This document shows positions 10,073 through 20,055 of a stretch of 51,461 bases of DNA, in pieces. Origin of the DNA: a virus (lineage: Duplodnaviria > Caudoviricetes); IMG/VR virus record IMGVR_UViG_3300020129_000348, positions 1-51,461 of that record; one strand, 5' to 3'. The notes under the pieces were generated by a model that made no database searches, had not been told where the DNA came from, and was given only the letters and a program-made list of their open reading frames with translations. The translations under genes were made by a program, and so were the position numbers. Position 1 is the stretch's first letter; each line of letters opens with the position of its first letter.

Positions 10073-10740
10073 TGCCGGCAGCAGCACAATTCGAGCACTA
10101 CTCTTGGAGTCCATACCGATTCTATGGACTGGGAGACATCGCGCCTCAGCAGATCAATGCGATTGTGACTACTGGTGCGTCAACCACAGTTGGAATTCTC
10201 GCGGCACTCGGTGTGGTAGGCGGTCCTGTTGGTGCTGCGGTCGGCGGATTGATTGCGGTCGGTTCTCTCGTAGCGAACTTATTCCACGGTTGCGGAGTAA
10301 CTTGCACGGCGGCAACTAATATTGCGAATAAACTTGAACCCGTGATGGCGCAAAACCTTCAGCATTACATGTCCGCTCCGGTTCACTACCGAAGTCTTCA
10401 GCAAGCGGCACTGAATAATTTCGATACGGCATGGAGAGCTCTTCAGCAAGCCTGTTCAGATCCGTCTCTCGCGCAAGCTGGGCAGCGTTGTATTTCAGAC
10501 CGTCAGCCCGGTGCTTGTGTTTGGAAAAATGATGGTAAGGGTGGAGCGGCAGGCTCTGGTAACGTTTGCTGGAACTGGTTCGTGGGATACCGCGATCCGA
10601 TTGCGAACGATCCGAATGTGGTGGATGATCCGATTGCGGTCGACGTAAGCCAACTATCCAGCGGTTCTCCTTCATCCAATACGAACCTCGCACCGCTTCT
10701 GGTAGTTGCGGCCTTAATTATTTTGGCGGTGATGCTGTGA
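10072..10740 (+). CDS. Putative virion membrane protein (GLGD, Cys-rich, C-terminal TM)
   Basis: YGLGD; Gly-rich hydrophobic segment; terminal TM. Confidence 0.8.
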   Translation: MPAAAQFEHYSWSPYRFYGLGDIAPQQINAIVTTGASTTVGILAALGVVGGPVGAAVGGLIAVGSLVANLFHGCGVTCTAATNIANKLEPVMAQNLQHYMSAPVHYRSLQQAALNNFDTAWRALQQACSDPSLAQAGQRCISDRQPGACVWKNDGKGGAAGSGNVCWNWFVGYRDPIANDPNVVDDPIAVDVSQLSSGSPSSNTNLAPLLVVAALIILAVML

Positions 10741-11438
10741 GATTATCGCGTGGCCTACTCGGACTCGCTGATGGAGTTTGTGGAGACGGATACGTGATGG
10801 ATACGCGGACTGATCCTCCGCATTGCATCCTGTCTCGTTTTCAATCACTGATTCCAGTCGTGGCGAAAGACTACCCGCAAGCGCAAGGCTGTCACGTAGT
10901 GGACCTGTCAAAGAACTGGTGCCTGTACGCAGACGGAACAGATGGTGGATGCAACTCCATGCCGGAATGTGATCCACTGACAGGCGCTCTCCACTTTCAA
11001 TACGGGTTACCAGGCGGTCCGACGAACACCGCAATCACCGCTTTGAAAACGGGCGTCTTTAATCCGTCGCCATTCACGAATGCGCCCGATCCGACGCTAG
11101 TGAATCCAACTGGAGGTACGGTCTTTGTTCCGGCAACTCAGTATCAGGTTCAAAGTGCAATCGACGCCGCACTTGGGCCATTGAAGCCCACAACGCAGCA
11201 GATCGCAGCGGCAACGAACGCTCCTCCGGTGAATACTGCTAGTGTTCCGCCAACGAAGTCTCTTGCGCCAGGAAGTTCAAATCCGAATCCGCCATCGAGC
11301 GGCACGGGCGGCAAGCTAGGGACATCAACATTCGACTTATCGGCATTCTTGCAAGAGCAGAGCATTGGCTCAATTCCTAACTGGGCACTCATCGCCGCAG
11401 GTGTTGGGCTTGCAATCTATTTGGGGACGCGCAAATGA
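10737..11438 (+). CDS. Putative virion membrane protein, C-terminal TM
   Basis: Ends TFDLSAFLQEQSIGSIPNW-TM-RK; paralogous tail with next gene. Confidence 0.8.
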   Translation: MRLSRGLLGLADGVCGDGYVMDTRTDPPHCILSRFQSLIPVVAKDYPQAQGCHVVDLSKNWCLYADGTDGGCNSMPECDPLTGALHFQYGLPGGPTNTAITALKTGVFNPSPFTNAPDPTLVNPTGGTVFVPATQYQVQSAIDAALGPLKPTTQQIAAATNAPPVNTASVPPTKSLAPGSSNPNPPSSGTGGKLGTSTFDLSAFLQEQSIGSIPNWALIAAGVGLAIYLGTRK

Positions 11439-12064
11439 GAGTTCCTATCGGCGCAGTGAATGTAACCAGCACAAGTCCCGCTTTCTCTCAGTTCAGTTTT
11501 GCATCTGATCCACTTGTGCCACGTCTTCCTGGTCCAGATTATCTTCCGGGACCAATTTATGATCCGTATTTGGCTGTTGATCCTCGATGTTCCTGTAATC
11601 AGGTATGGCTGCCTTCGGCGGGATGTATTCCAGTTGATGGCGGATCAGCGTTGAACAATGATCCTGGACCAGCGAGACTTGCGGTTGATCCGCCAGTATC
11701 TCCGCTTTCCGCCGATCAGTTAGCTGCTGCTGAAGCCGTCCGGCAATGCCAGTGGAATTTCAGAATGAATTTAATTCGCGCGGCTGGAGGAGATTTACAG
11801 AAGGCTGCAATGGCCTTTAATAATCCCGCAAACGCTACTTACGCCGCGTCAGTCACGGCGGCATGTAACGCCGGTAAAACTCCTCCTCCAATTCCAGCGA
11901 CAATGTTTGCATCGGTACAACCTACTCCAGCACCAGTCCCTAGCGCGTCGGCCACATTCGATATCTCGGCCTGGTTGCAAACCACAAGCATCGGATCAAT
12001 CCCCAACTGGCTACTTCTCGCCGGAGCTGCGGGCCTTGCACTGTACTTCTGGAGTCGGAAATGA
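11435..12064 (+). CDS. Putative virion membrane protein, C-terminal TM
   Basis: Ends TFDISAWLQTTSIGSIPNW-TM-RK. Confidence 0.8.
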   Translation: MRVPIGAVNVTSTSPAFSQFSFASDPLVPRLPGPDYLPGPIYDPYLAVDPRCSCNQVWLPSAGCIPVDGGSALNNDPGPARLAVDPPVSPLSADQLAAAEAVRQCQWNFRMNLIRAAGGDLQKAAMAFNNPANATYAASVTAACNAGKTPPPIPATMFASVQPTPAPVPSASATFDISAWLQTTSIGSIPNWLLLAGAAGLALYFWSRK

Positions 12065-12273
12065 GACCGGGAGTTGCAACACTGTCCAATCTTCCATCGT
12101 TCGATACGTGTGTTCCGTTCATTGGAAAAGTTGACCTCAATGACAAGATGGAGTGGGTGTACTGGGGTTCAATTGCAGCCACGATGTTGTTCGTGAAAGC
12201 GCCGGCGAAGTGGATAATTGCGGCGGGGATTCTCGCTCTTCGGTATGAACTGCAGAAGGGCGGTCAGTCGTGA
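12061..12273 (+). CDS. Small membrane protein
   Basis: ATGA/GTGA coupling; two hydrophobic segments. Confidence 0.7.
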   Translation: MRPGVATLSNLPSFDTCVPFIGKVDLNDKMEWVYWGSIAATMLFVKAPAKWIIAAGILALRYELQKGGQS

Positions 12274-12719
12274 GAGTTTCACTTGGCGACATCACGCGCA
12301 CCTCAGACGGACAGTATCCGCTCGTGTCCTCAATCGATCCATCGGTGACGTACGAATCGTGTCTCCCAACCATGTGCGGTGCCGATCCTCTGAACATGGC
12401 GAAGAAGTATCAGTGCTCTTCAAATGGATACGCCGGCGTGAAAAGCTGCTCCGCTCCAGAGTGTAAGCCGTATTGTCCGAACGCTCAGGTTGCGCCAGCC
12501 GTGACTACCGCGGCGATCTCTCAGAAGTTCCCGCCCGTGTTGACGCCGCAGAATGTCTCGAACCCAATGCCGAGTATCACGGAAGCACTCCAGCCTCAAG
12601 TTCCAGCGAGTTCCAAGTGTTCACTGTGGTGCGATCTGAATGGAGCGATTGCGAACAACCCGCTTCTATCGGCTGCAATTCTTCTCGGTGCGTTCTTGCT
12701 TCTGAAAGGACGGCGGTGA
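12270..12719 (+). CDS. Cys-rich putative virion membrane protein (SLGD)
   Basis: MRVSLGD start; C-terminal TM + KGRR. Confidence 0.75.
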   Translation: MRVSLGDITRTSDGQYPLVSSIDPSVTYESCLPTMCGADPLNMAKKYQCSSNGYAGVKSCSAPECKPYCPNAQVAPAVTTAAISQKFPPVLTPQNVSNPMPSITEALQPQVPASSKCSLWCDLNGAIANNPLLSAAILLGAFLLLKGRR

Positions 12720-13177
12720 TGGACTCGAAAAACATCATCAAGATTCTCGCTGTCGCAGCCGGAGCCTACCTGTTGTACGACTGGCTTCAGAAAAATGGAT
12801 ACTGGGCGCAGTGGTTCGGAACTTCCAGTGCTGTACTCCCCGCAGCTCCGGCGATCTCGCCAACACAAGTCAAAGCCGTTGCGGCGATACCTGCACCGCC
12901 TGCCGAAGCATCATTACCCCTCGGTCTCATCAATGCACTCATTCAAACTGGCGGGGGAACAGGAACAACGCTCTACAATGTCTGGCAATGGAACGCGGTC
13001 ATGAACCAGTACAAGCTAGGTTCCGCGAATCTAGAAACGGCGGATAATTCTCAAACGATGACTGCGGCGCAATACGTAGCAGCGCGACAAGCGAAAGGAT
13101 TGGGTAACGTACGAATCTCCTATCCGTCGGCCTATCCCCGTCTTGCTGGAATGCATTCACCGTGGGGGATTCAATGA
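12719..13177 (+). CDS. Putative virion protein, N-terminal TM
   Basis: Shares TLYNVWQWNAV...ANLETADNSQTMTAA with next gene; start reassigned. Confidence 0.75.
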   Translation: MDSKNIIKILAVAAGAYLLYDWLQKNGYWAQWFGTSSAVLPAAPAISPTQVKAVAAIPAPPAEASLPLGLINALIQTGGGTGTTLYNVWQWNAVMNQYKLGSANLETADNSQTMTAAQYVAARQAKGLGNVRISYPSAYPRLAGMHSPWGIQ

Positions 13178-13905
13178 AGTCCGGTGACTACATGCCCTTC
13201 GTGATCTTCGGTGCTGTCGGCGCCGGTTTGTATTTGTACTACAAGCATCTTCAACAAACCTGCGCCGTGTCCGATTCGAGCGGCGCTTGTGGCTTGTACA
13301 ATTCGGTGTTCTCAAGTGCAAGTGTGCAGGTTCCGGCCGGTGCGATTAATGCGGGTGGAACAGGGGGAACGCCTAAGGCTCCGGTAACTGTTAATCCAAG
13401 CGTTAGCCCAACCGGCGCTCCAGCGAAGTGTATGGATAAATGGAAGCAGAATGTGCTGACGGCATGGGGCGGCGATTCAATCGGCGCGTCTGCCGCGATT
13501 CAAAAGTTAAGTCTACAACAGCTTCAAGCGATCGCAAATGCATGCGAGTCCGGGGCGGTCCCGGATTTTATACCATTCCCGCCAGTAAAAGTGATTGACC
13601 CAATGCCGCCTGTCCCGATTCTGCCTGGACCGATACCCATTGAACCAGGGCTTGCGCCGCAGAGTCTTGCCGATTCGCTGATTCAAGCTGGCTCGGCAAC
13701 TCCATCGACGCTCTACAACGTGTGGCAATGGAATGCTGTGCTTCAGCAGATTCAAGCAGGAGTCGCCAATCTCGAAACGGCTGACAATTCGCAAACGATG
13801 ACTGCGGCAAGTTACGTTGCAGCTCGGAAAACGGCCGGGCTCTCAGGACTGGGTGCGCCGCATCGCATTCCAGCGTATCTCATCAATCGCAGGAGGATAG
13901 TCTGA
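13174..13905 (+). CDS. Putative virion protein, N-terminal TM
   Basis: Paralogous C-terminal domain; GLSGLG. Confidence 0.75.
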   Translation: MKSGDYMPFVIFGAVGAGLYLYYKHLQQTCAVSDSSGACGLYNSVFSSASVQVPAGAINAGGTGGTPKAPVTVNPSVSPTGAPAKCMDKWKQNVLTAWGGDSIGASAAIQKLSLQQLQAIANACESGAVPDFIPFPPVKVIDPMPPVPILPGPIPIEPGLAPQSLADSLIQAGSATPSTLYNVWQWNAVLQQIQAGVANLETADNSQTMTAASYVAARKTAGLSGLGAPHRIPAYLINRRRIV

Positions 13906-14048
13906 TGCCCTGCTACACATGGAAGAAAGGATGTTATTCAGCAGTCAGTGGATGTCAAGGAACCGGGAGTTCAGTCTGTGCTCCCACGGTTCAGTGGTTC
14001 TGGTTGTTGGCTGGAATTCTGGGGGTTGCGCTCGTCGTTAAGAAGTGA
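13905..14048 (+). CDS. 47-aa Cys-rich membrane peptide (not in ORF track)
   Basis: TGATG coupling; MPCYTWKKGCY...WFWLLAGILGVALVVKK*. Confidence 0.7.
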   Translation: MPCYTWKKGCYSAVSGCQGTGSSVCAPTVQWFWLLAGILGVALVVKK

Positions 14049-14049
14049 A

Positions 14050-14199
14050 ATGAAAAGTCACGTCACAACCTATGATCTGAACCCCGAGGAAGTTCTCGCG
14101 TTCAACCGCCTACTACCGGCAGAGCGGGAATGTTTCTATCAACTTCTCGACAGCCAAGAGTTTACGTTTGTGAAAGCGTTGAAAGCGGCGGCATGCTGA
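14050..14199 (+). CDS. Small hypothetical protein
   Basis: Fills gap between coupled genes. Confidence 0.5.
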   Translation: MKSHVTTYDLNPEEVLAFNRLLPAERECFYQLLDSQEFTFVKALKAAAC

Positions 14200-14591
14200 C
14201 TCCGAAACTACAACTCGGCTTACAAGGTCTCGGCGTGAGTCCGTGTGATGTCAATTTCGTCGGGCCGCTGACCGAAGAACAGCAAGCGACGTGTCTTGCG
14301 CAAATCATTCCGGATATCGCCGTTGACCCAGCAACCGCTGCTCTTACGAAAACAATCGGCCAATCGGTCTGCCCGTCAGTGAAACAGATGCAGGGGATTG
14401 TCGATCCGAACGATCCGTGTCAAGCATCGACCGCGCAAACGTCACCGGCAATCCTTTTGGCAAAACTGAAACTCGCCCAACAACTCGGGGACAATCAAAG
14501 TCCGAGTACGACACAGGACAACACCGCTACCTACATTGTCATCGGCGGTGCTGTTCTCTTTGTGGTCTTAATGGCCCTGGTGAAGAAATGA
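14193..14591 (+). CDS. Putative virion membrane protein (GLQGLG, C-terminal TM)
   Basis: Motif plus terminal TM + KK. Confidence 0.75.
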   Translation: MLTPKLQLGLQGLGVSPCDVNFVGPLTEEQQATCLAQIIPDIAVDPATAALTKTIGQSVCPSVKQMQGIVDPNDPCQASTAQTSPAILLAKLKLAQQLGDNQSPSTTQDNTATYIVIGGAVLFVVLMALVKK

Positions 14592-15004
14592 CGCACTACC
14601 AAGTTCTTCAAATCTCGGAGTCGGCATTGCCTGAAATCATCGAGGCTTCCTGGAAAGCGCTGATGCGCGTGTACCATCCCGATAACGGAACGTCGCCCAA
14701 TGCGCAGATGGCCGTGCTTGTGAACCTCGCTCACGATGTCCTGTCCGATCCAGAGAAGAAAAAAGAGTACGACGCGTCAATCCCCCGGCCAATCCCAATC
14801 GATCCGTTCACGCGTCGGCAATCCCGCGCATATCCATCTCCCTATCAACAGGAAACGGATGCAATTCAACTCAACGTACAGTCGATGCTGGAGCGGACAC
14901 TCTCCGCGGCGACCGAAGCAGCTCTGGAGCACGTGATTGAATCGAATCCGATGCTCGGTGATCTGATGTCGCGGATTCTTGATCGGAAGCGGAGGGTCGG
15001 ATGA
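14588..15004 (+). CDS. J-domain (DnaJ-like) protein
   Basis: HYQVLQI...YHPD...VLSDPEKKKEYD. Confidence 0.85.
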   Translation: MTHYQVLQISESALPEIIEASWKALMRVYHPDNGTSPNAQMAVLVNLAHDVLSDPEKKKEYDASIPRPIPIDPFTRRQSRAYPSPYQQETDAIQLNVQSMLERTLSAATEAALEHVIESNPMLGDLMSRILDRKRRVG

Positions 15005-15306
15005 AATCTCCATTCCGCGAGGGCGACACAATCTTGGTCTGCCGGCACATCTACGAAGAATCATCGTGCAAGGTCGTCATCAAAGACAATGTGTTGAAAA
15101 CCGCAACCATGCACCGGAGCGACAAGCCGAAAGAATTCTCGCGATTCGTTGACCCGTACGACAAATCAACCGTGGACAGCAAGGCGTATGCGAATGGTTA
15201 CGCGGTCTGCCAGCACTGCGATCCAGTCAGTAAAGAGACGCTGTTTATAGAGGTGATTTGGAAAGACGGTCGTCCGCACGTCGCGGATGTGTTGAGGGCC
15301 TCATGA
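15001..15306 (+). CDS. Hypothetical protein
   Basis: ATGA overlaps on both sides. Confidence 0.7.
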   Translation: MKSPFREGDTILVCRHIYEESSCKVVIKDNVLKTATMHRSDKPKEFSRFVDPYDKSTVDSKAYANGYAVCQHCDPVSKETLFIEVIWKDGRPHVADVLRAS

Positions 15307-15635
15307 GAGTTTCCCTCGGTCAGTATCCCGATCAAACCTGCTTCGACGCAAACCGGGCAGGCTGGCTGCCGTATTGGATCGACAACCTCACTGAAAACAA
15401 ATGCCGGATGAATCTGATTATCTCCGGCAACACAACCGGCAACATTGCGCAACCGGGCGATCCGAGTGCAGACCCGTCAACAATCCGAAACGCACAGGTG
15501 GCCTGCATCTCAACTGGGGGAAAGTGGGACCCAGACTTAAACGTCTGCGCTCCGAGCTTCATGTCCCAATACGGTCTACAGATCGGCCTCGGAGTAGCGG
15601 CTGTATTCCTAATTTTGATGGTGACGAGGAAATAA
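15303..15635 (+). CDS. Putative virion membrane protein (MRVSLG start, C-terminal TM)
   Basis: Same N-terminus as 12270 ORF. Confidence 0.75.
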   Translation: MRVSLGQYPDQTCFDANRAGWLPYWIDNLTENKCRMNLIISGNTTGNIAQPGDPSADPSTIRNAQVACISTGGKWDPDLNVCAPSFMSQYGLQIGLGVAAVFLILMVTRK

Positions 15636-16072
15636 TGAGAGTTCATCGCGGTCACATTGCCGAATTCGTACACGCCAAGACGATGTTTTTTTACAACCCA
15701 TTCACAGGAACGTCGGGTTATGCACTGCCTGGACTGGGCGAATTCGTGCCAGGAAAAACGCTCTTCCCCTACAACCCGATTCGCGAAGGCATTGCGCGCG
15801 CGGGACTCGGGGAATTCGTCCACGGCAAAACACTTTTCCCGTATAACCCTATCCGAGAAGGACTCTCAGGCTGTAGCGGCGGTTGCGGATGCGGCGGAAA
15901 GTGCGGTGGAATGGGGGACATCTCAACCACGATCAGTGATGCGTGGACATCACTCAACTCACACATGATCATTGGGATGCCCTTAGGTTATCTTGCGGCT
16001 GGTGCGGTTGCTGGAGCGGCTGTTGTCTTGTTGTGGCCCTCTGGCAGCGGAAAGGGACGGAGACGCCGCTGA
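15635..16072 (+). CDS. Putative virion membrane protein with internal peptide repeats
   Basis: 2x GLGEFV(P/H)GKTLFPYNPIREG, CSGGCGCGGKC, terminal TM. Confidence 0.8.
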   Translation: MRVHRGHIAEFVHAKTMFFYNPFTGTSGYALPGLGEFVPGKTLFPYNPIREGIARAGLGEFVHGKTLFPYNPIREGLSGCSGGCGCGGKCGGMGDISTTISDAWTSLNSHMIIGMPLGYLAAGAVAGAAVVLLWPSGSGKGRRRR

Positions 16073-17664
16073 AACGTGCAAATAATCTTTTCGGCTTCGG
16101 GAGTAAGACTACTGTTCACAAGCAGCGTGGACAGTCTCGCCGCGACGTTGCGCGAATCGCTGAGTCTGCCGGCCGGAAATCAGGCGACACTCACCAATTT
16201 AAAGCCTGGAGCGTTCGCTATAAATCCTGGGGACCGGAAGCTCTTAAAGAATTCGAGCGGGCCTATCGCAAGGGAGTCGAGACGGGTGAAAGCGTTGCGG
16301 AGCGTAAACGCGTTGAGAAGCGCGGAAAGGAGGTTTCGAGCGAGGTAGCCGAAGACGTAGTGAACGCACTTGCAGGTTTGGGTATGAGCGTGAGAGAAGC
16401 CAAACAGCAAGTCAAGCGTCACGAGCGGGCGGGGGATTCATTCGATACGTTGTTCAAAAAGGTCATGCAGCGGAACCCAATTACAATCCGGCCAACTAAG
16501 ATCAACGTTAACCCTAGCCTATTAGGAACCCGGCATGGACGGGAAAGTGAATACAGGCAGTCCAAAATCTACCAGGCAGGACATTTACTGGGGATCAAAG
16601 ACCGACGCTCTAAACATGCCCATCGTGGCGACCGTTGGCTGATCGATGAAGCGGATCGACGTTTTCCTGATGTTGCTCCCGCATACAGGATCGCCTTCAG
16701 GCAGGGATATAATTTTGGCTTTGAGAAAACTTCGTCTAATCCCAAAGGTGGGAAGTTCGACCGTTGCGTGACGAAGGTTTCCAAGTCCTGCACCGCAAGC
16801 CCCTACGCGGTCTGTCAAAAAACAGTTGGCCGTGGGAATCCCGTTCACATTGCCACGCTCAAGGCCGGAAGTGCCGAAGCGCAAGTAAAGCAAGTCGGTG
16901 CGCACAAGTTCACCGTGGACATCAAAAAGGGGACGTACTCTACGCATCAGGACTTCGATGGCTTGCCAGTTGCGATGGCATGGGCTAGACTCAGGCTCCA
17001 CGAAGTGATGTTCCGTCCAAATCCAAAGACTGGACGTGCGAACCCAATCGGCGCGGCAGAGCGAGTCTACGAAGAATTCCACGGATTCCCGTCAAAGGAA
17101 GTACTTGAGTACACTTCTCAGGAGTACTTCCACTCGGTCACGGTTGGAGTGGGACAGCTCGTGTGTATCGACGTGGTTCTCCCTGAGAACGGTAAGTCAG
17201 TTCCGCTGATCGCAAAAGGCTTCCGCTTCGACCCTGAGAAATTCTTACCGTTGAAGGTCCGTTATTCCAAAGAAGCTGAAGCTGCCGATGCAAGTTGGAT
17301 CTTCGAACCCAAAACTTCGCTTGCCGATGTAGTGCAAGTGACTTGCTCTGAGGACCGCCGTCAGCTTTTCTTCCACGGCGGCGACCAATCGCTACCAACA
17401 GAACGAATCGGACTGACCAAGGCAGACGAGCATGATCACATGCTGATCGGAACGATTGTCAACTTGACCTACCGGACTCGCAAGAGCTTCGAAGGCAAAG
17501 ACGAGAAAGATTTCCACCACGAGTTTGGGAAAGAAGGATCGCGCGGTATATGTCCCGTGTTACTCTACTTTCCTAGATCCAAGAGTATGAAGGTAGCCGG
17601 GGGACGGTACTACATCGCTCCTCCGAGAAGAGACATTGGCGCAAGCCCTGGGATTACAGGATGA
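16069..17664 (+). CDS. Large basic modular protein with NP motifs and RuvA-C-like segment; probable CTG start
   Basis: Long ORF; CTGA overlap with upstream stop; six xNP junctions. Confidence 0.75.
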   Translation: MKRANNLFGFGSKTTVHKQRGQSRRDVARIAESAGRKSGDTHQFKAWSVRYKSWGPEALKEFERAYRKGVETGESVAERKRVEKRGKEVSSEVAEDVVNALAGLGMSVREAKQQVKRHERAGDSFDTLFKKVMQRNPITIRPTKINVNPSLLGTRHGRESEYRQSKIYQAGHLLGIKDRRSKHAHRGDRWLIDEADRRFPDVAPAYRIAFRQGYNFGFEKTSSNPKGGKFDRCVTKVSKSCTASPYAVCQKTVGRGNPVHIATLKAGSAEAQVKQVGAHKFTVDIKKGTYSTHQDFDGLPVAMAWARLRLHEVMFRPNPKTGRANPIGAAERVYEEFHGFPSKEVLEYTSQEYFHSVTVGVGQLVCIDVVLPENGKSVPLIAKGFRFDPEKFLPLKVRYSKEAEAADASWIFEPKTSLADVVQVTCSEDRRQLFFHGGDQSLPTERIGLTKADEHDHMLIGTIVNLTYRTRKSFEGKDEKDFHHEFGKEGSRGICPVLLYFPRSKSMKVAGGRYYIAPPRRDIGASPGITG

Positions 17665-18791
17665 GATTCAACTTTTACAGCCATCCGACATTCGAGCCGT
17701 GGGACTGGACTAATCCTGACCGCGTTGGGATTGGAGGATCAGAGACATCGCATATTGAAATGGCGCGCCGGCTTGCGGCCCGTGGTCATGTTGTTACATC
17801 ATGGGCGCCAATACCGGAATACCGTTCAGGCGTCAATGAAGGCGTGTTGTGGCTGCATTCCCAGTTCGCTTCCGACCGTGGACACTTCAGCGATGAGAGT
17901 GTTTACTCAGATGGAATATGGGTCATCTATCGTCAACCTGCCGTGATCGACGAGATTTTAACTGACCGTCCAATCTGGTTAGTCTGCCAAGACGTAGACT
18001 ACGTTCGCCCAGAGAATAATCTGACGCCAGAGCGGTGCGCCAAGCTCACACGCATCATCGCGTTGTGCGAAACGCACGCTCAATACTTGCGCAATCGCTA
18101 TCCCTACACGGCGGATAAAGTATTCGTCTCGTCGAACGGCATCAAGAGTGAACTAATCTCTCAGCTTCTCGAGAATCCACCCGAGCGCAATCTGCGACGT
18201 TTGATGTACGCCAGCTCCCCAGATCGAGGAATGGAATACCTGCTCTCCATTTTCCCAAGGGCAAAGGAAATTGTTCCGGACCTGGAACTCCACGTGTTCT
18301 ACGGCTTCGACAACATCGACAAGGTAGTGAAGCACTACGGCGAGGATTCGCGCGTCGGACAAAACACAAGACGGCTGAAAGAACTCCTCAATCAACCCGG
18401 CGTCACATGGCATGGACGCACCGGACAACCCGTACTCCTGCAGGAGTGGCTCAAATCGGGAATCTGGTGCCATCCGTCGAACTTCACCGAAACATCGTGT
18501 ATCACGTGCATGGACGCGCAAGCCTGTGGAGCAATCCCGATCACCTGTCCAACCTGGGCGGTGTCTGAGAACGTAAAGCATGGCGTCTTTATCGACGGCA
18601 ACTTGAAAAACGAAGTGGTTCGATCTCGTTACGTGCTGGAACTCATCCGGATGGCGCTCGACCCTCAGAGACAAGAATCAATCCGCCAAGAGATGATGCC
18701 CTGGGCGCTGGAAGCATTCGGCTGGGAACTGTTCGTCGATCAGTGGATTGGTTGGGCGCGTCACGACATGAAAGTCGAGGTCGCGGCATGA
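17661..18791 (+). CDS. GT-B (GT4-like) glycosyltransferase
   Basis: GIGGSE, SSNGI, YASSPDRG, ETSCITCMDAQACG. Confidence 0.9.
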   Translation: MRFNFYSHPTFEPWDWTNPDRVGIGGSETSHIEMARRLAARGHVVTSWAPIPEYRSGVNEGVLWLHSQFASDRGHFSDESVYSDGIWVIYRQPAVIDEILTDRPIWLVCQDVDYVRPENNLTPERCAKLTRIIALCETHAQYLRNRYPYTADKVFVSSNGIKSELISQLLENPPERNLRRLMYASSPDRGMEYLLSIFPRAKEIVPDLELHVFYGFDNIDKVVKHYGEDSRVGQNTRRLKELLNQPGVTWHGRTGQPVLLQEWLKSGIWCHPSNFTETSCITCMDAQACGAIPITCPTWAVSENVKHGVFIDGNLKNEVVRSRYVLELIRMALDPQRQESIRQEMMPWALEAFGWELFVDQWIGWARHDMKVEVAA

Positions 18792-19336
18792 ACTTTGAAA
18801 CGACAGTGTACCGCGATCAGTTCAGTTTTCAACGTCTCTATGCGAAAGGGAAAGTGTTGAATGTCGGCTCAAACACAGACGGAGCAGGATTCGCCCAAAC
18901 AGGAGGAGTCAACGTCGACTTATTCGCGACCGATAATCATACCGGGCTACCATTGCCTATACATATCTTCGCAGACGCCCGTTCGCTTCCGTTCAAACGA
19001 GTTTTTGACTCAGTGGTACTTGGTGAAATCCTAGAGCACATGGAACACGATGACGCGGTGAAAGCACTCAGCCAGGCGCGGACTGCAATGAAACATGGCG
19101 GCCGAGTCGTCATTACCATGCCCCACGATCACCGCAGGGACGAGGGACGCGAAACAGAACCTCCGATCACACCAGAAAACAAGTGGTACGCGCCGGGAAT
19201 CTTCGCCTATCATCACCGCTGTATTTCACGGAAAGAACTATTCAGTTGGATCTGTGAAGCCGGTCTCAACGTGTTGAACTACGCGCGAATTGCCTACGTA
19301 TGGGGTGAGGTTGGAACTGGAGTTGTCGCATGCTGA
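18788..19336 (+). CDS. Class I SAM-dependent methyltransferase
   Basis: VLNVGSNTDG...FDSVVLGEILEH. Confidence 0.85.
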   Translation: MNFETTVYRDQFSFQRLYAKGKVLNVGSNTDGAGFAQTGGVNVDLFATDNHTGLPLPIHIFADARSLPFKRVFDSVVLGEILEHMEHDDAVKALSQARTAMKHGGRVVITMPHDHRRDEGRETEPPITPENKWYAPGIFAYHHRCISRKELFSWICEAGLNVLNYARIAYVWGEVGTGVVAC

Positions 19337-20028
19337 CCCATCAGAAACTCATCGGTACGATCGGCTACATGGGTGGGGTGATGAGCTTACCGGAACCGTT
19401 CGCTTGGTCTTGGGGAAACATGCTCTCTTACACCAAAGAAGCATTGTGCCAGCCGAACGAGCATGTACTCGCAGAGAAAACGAAGCTCAGCTTGCACGAC
19501 TGGGCACGAAACGAGCTCGTGTCCAGAATGCAGGGAGACTGGCTACTGATGTTCGACACTGACGTCGCCTTTGAGCCGGACATGGCCGCACGTCTCGTGA
19601 TGACCATGACACGGTATGACGTGGACGTACTCACGGGGATTTACTGCTATAAGTCGCCTCCGCACTTTCCAGTGTTGTACGTCTGGAATCCGGAGACTGA
19701 AAAACACGAGACGATTGCCAAGTGGCCGCGGAACCAGGATCTGATTCCAGTCAGTTCAGCCGGCGGCGGTTGCCTGCTTGTTCGCCGTCGAGTCTTTGAA
19801 CGCATCACGTCGGAACTGAACGAAAATCCGTTTGACCGCTATCCGGGCAAGGGCGAGGATCACTCGTTCTTCATGCGACTCAGAAAGCTGGGAATCAAAC
19901 CGGCCTGCGCTTGGAAGATTGAAATGCAGCACTTGGAGTATGTCGGCCTCACGCCGTCGCAGAATTACATTGAACCGGAAGAAGGTTCACACGAGTTTGA
20001 AATGGAAGGTTTTGCAATAGCCCGTTAA
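19330..20028 (+). CDS. GT-A (GT2-like) glycosyltransferase
   Basis: WLLMFDTD, GGGCLLVRR, GEDHSF. Confidence 0.85.
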   Translation: MLTHQKLIGTIGYMGGVMSLPEPFAWSWGNMLSYTKEALCQPNEHVLAEKTKLSLHDWARNELVSRMQGDWLLMFDTDVAFEPDMAARLVMTMTRYDVDVLTGIYCYKSPPHFPVLYVWNPETEKHETIAKWPRNQDLIPVSSAGGGCLLVRRRVFERITSELNENPFDRYPGKGEDHSFFMRLRKLGIKPACAWKIEMQHLEYVGLTPSQNYIEPEEGSHEFEMEGFAIAR

Positions 20029-20055
20029 TCGGGAGCGAAAGGACGAAAGGACAAA

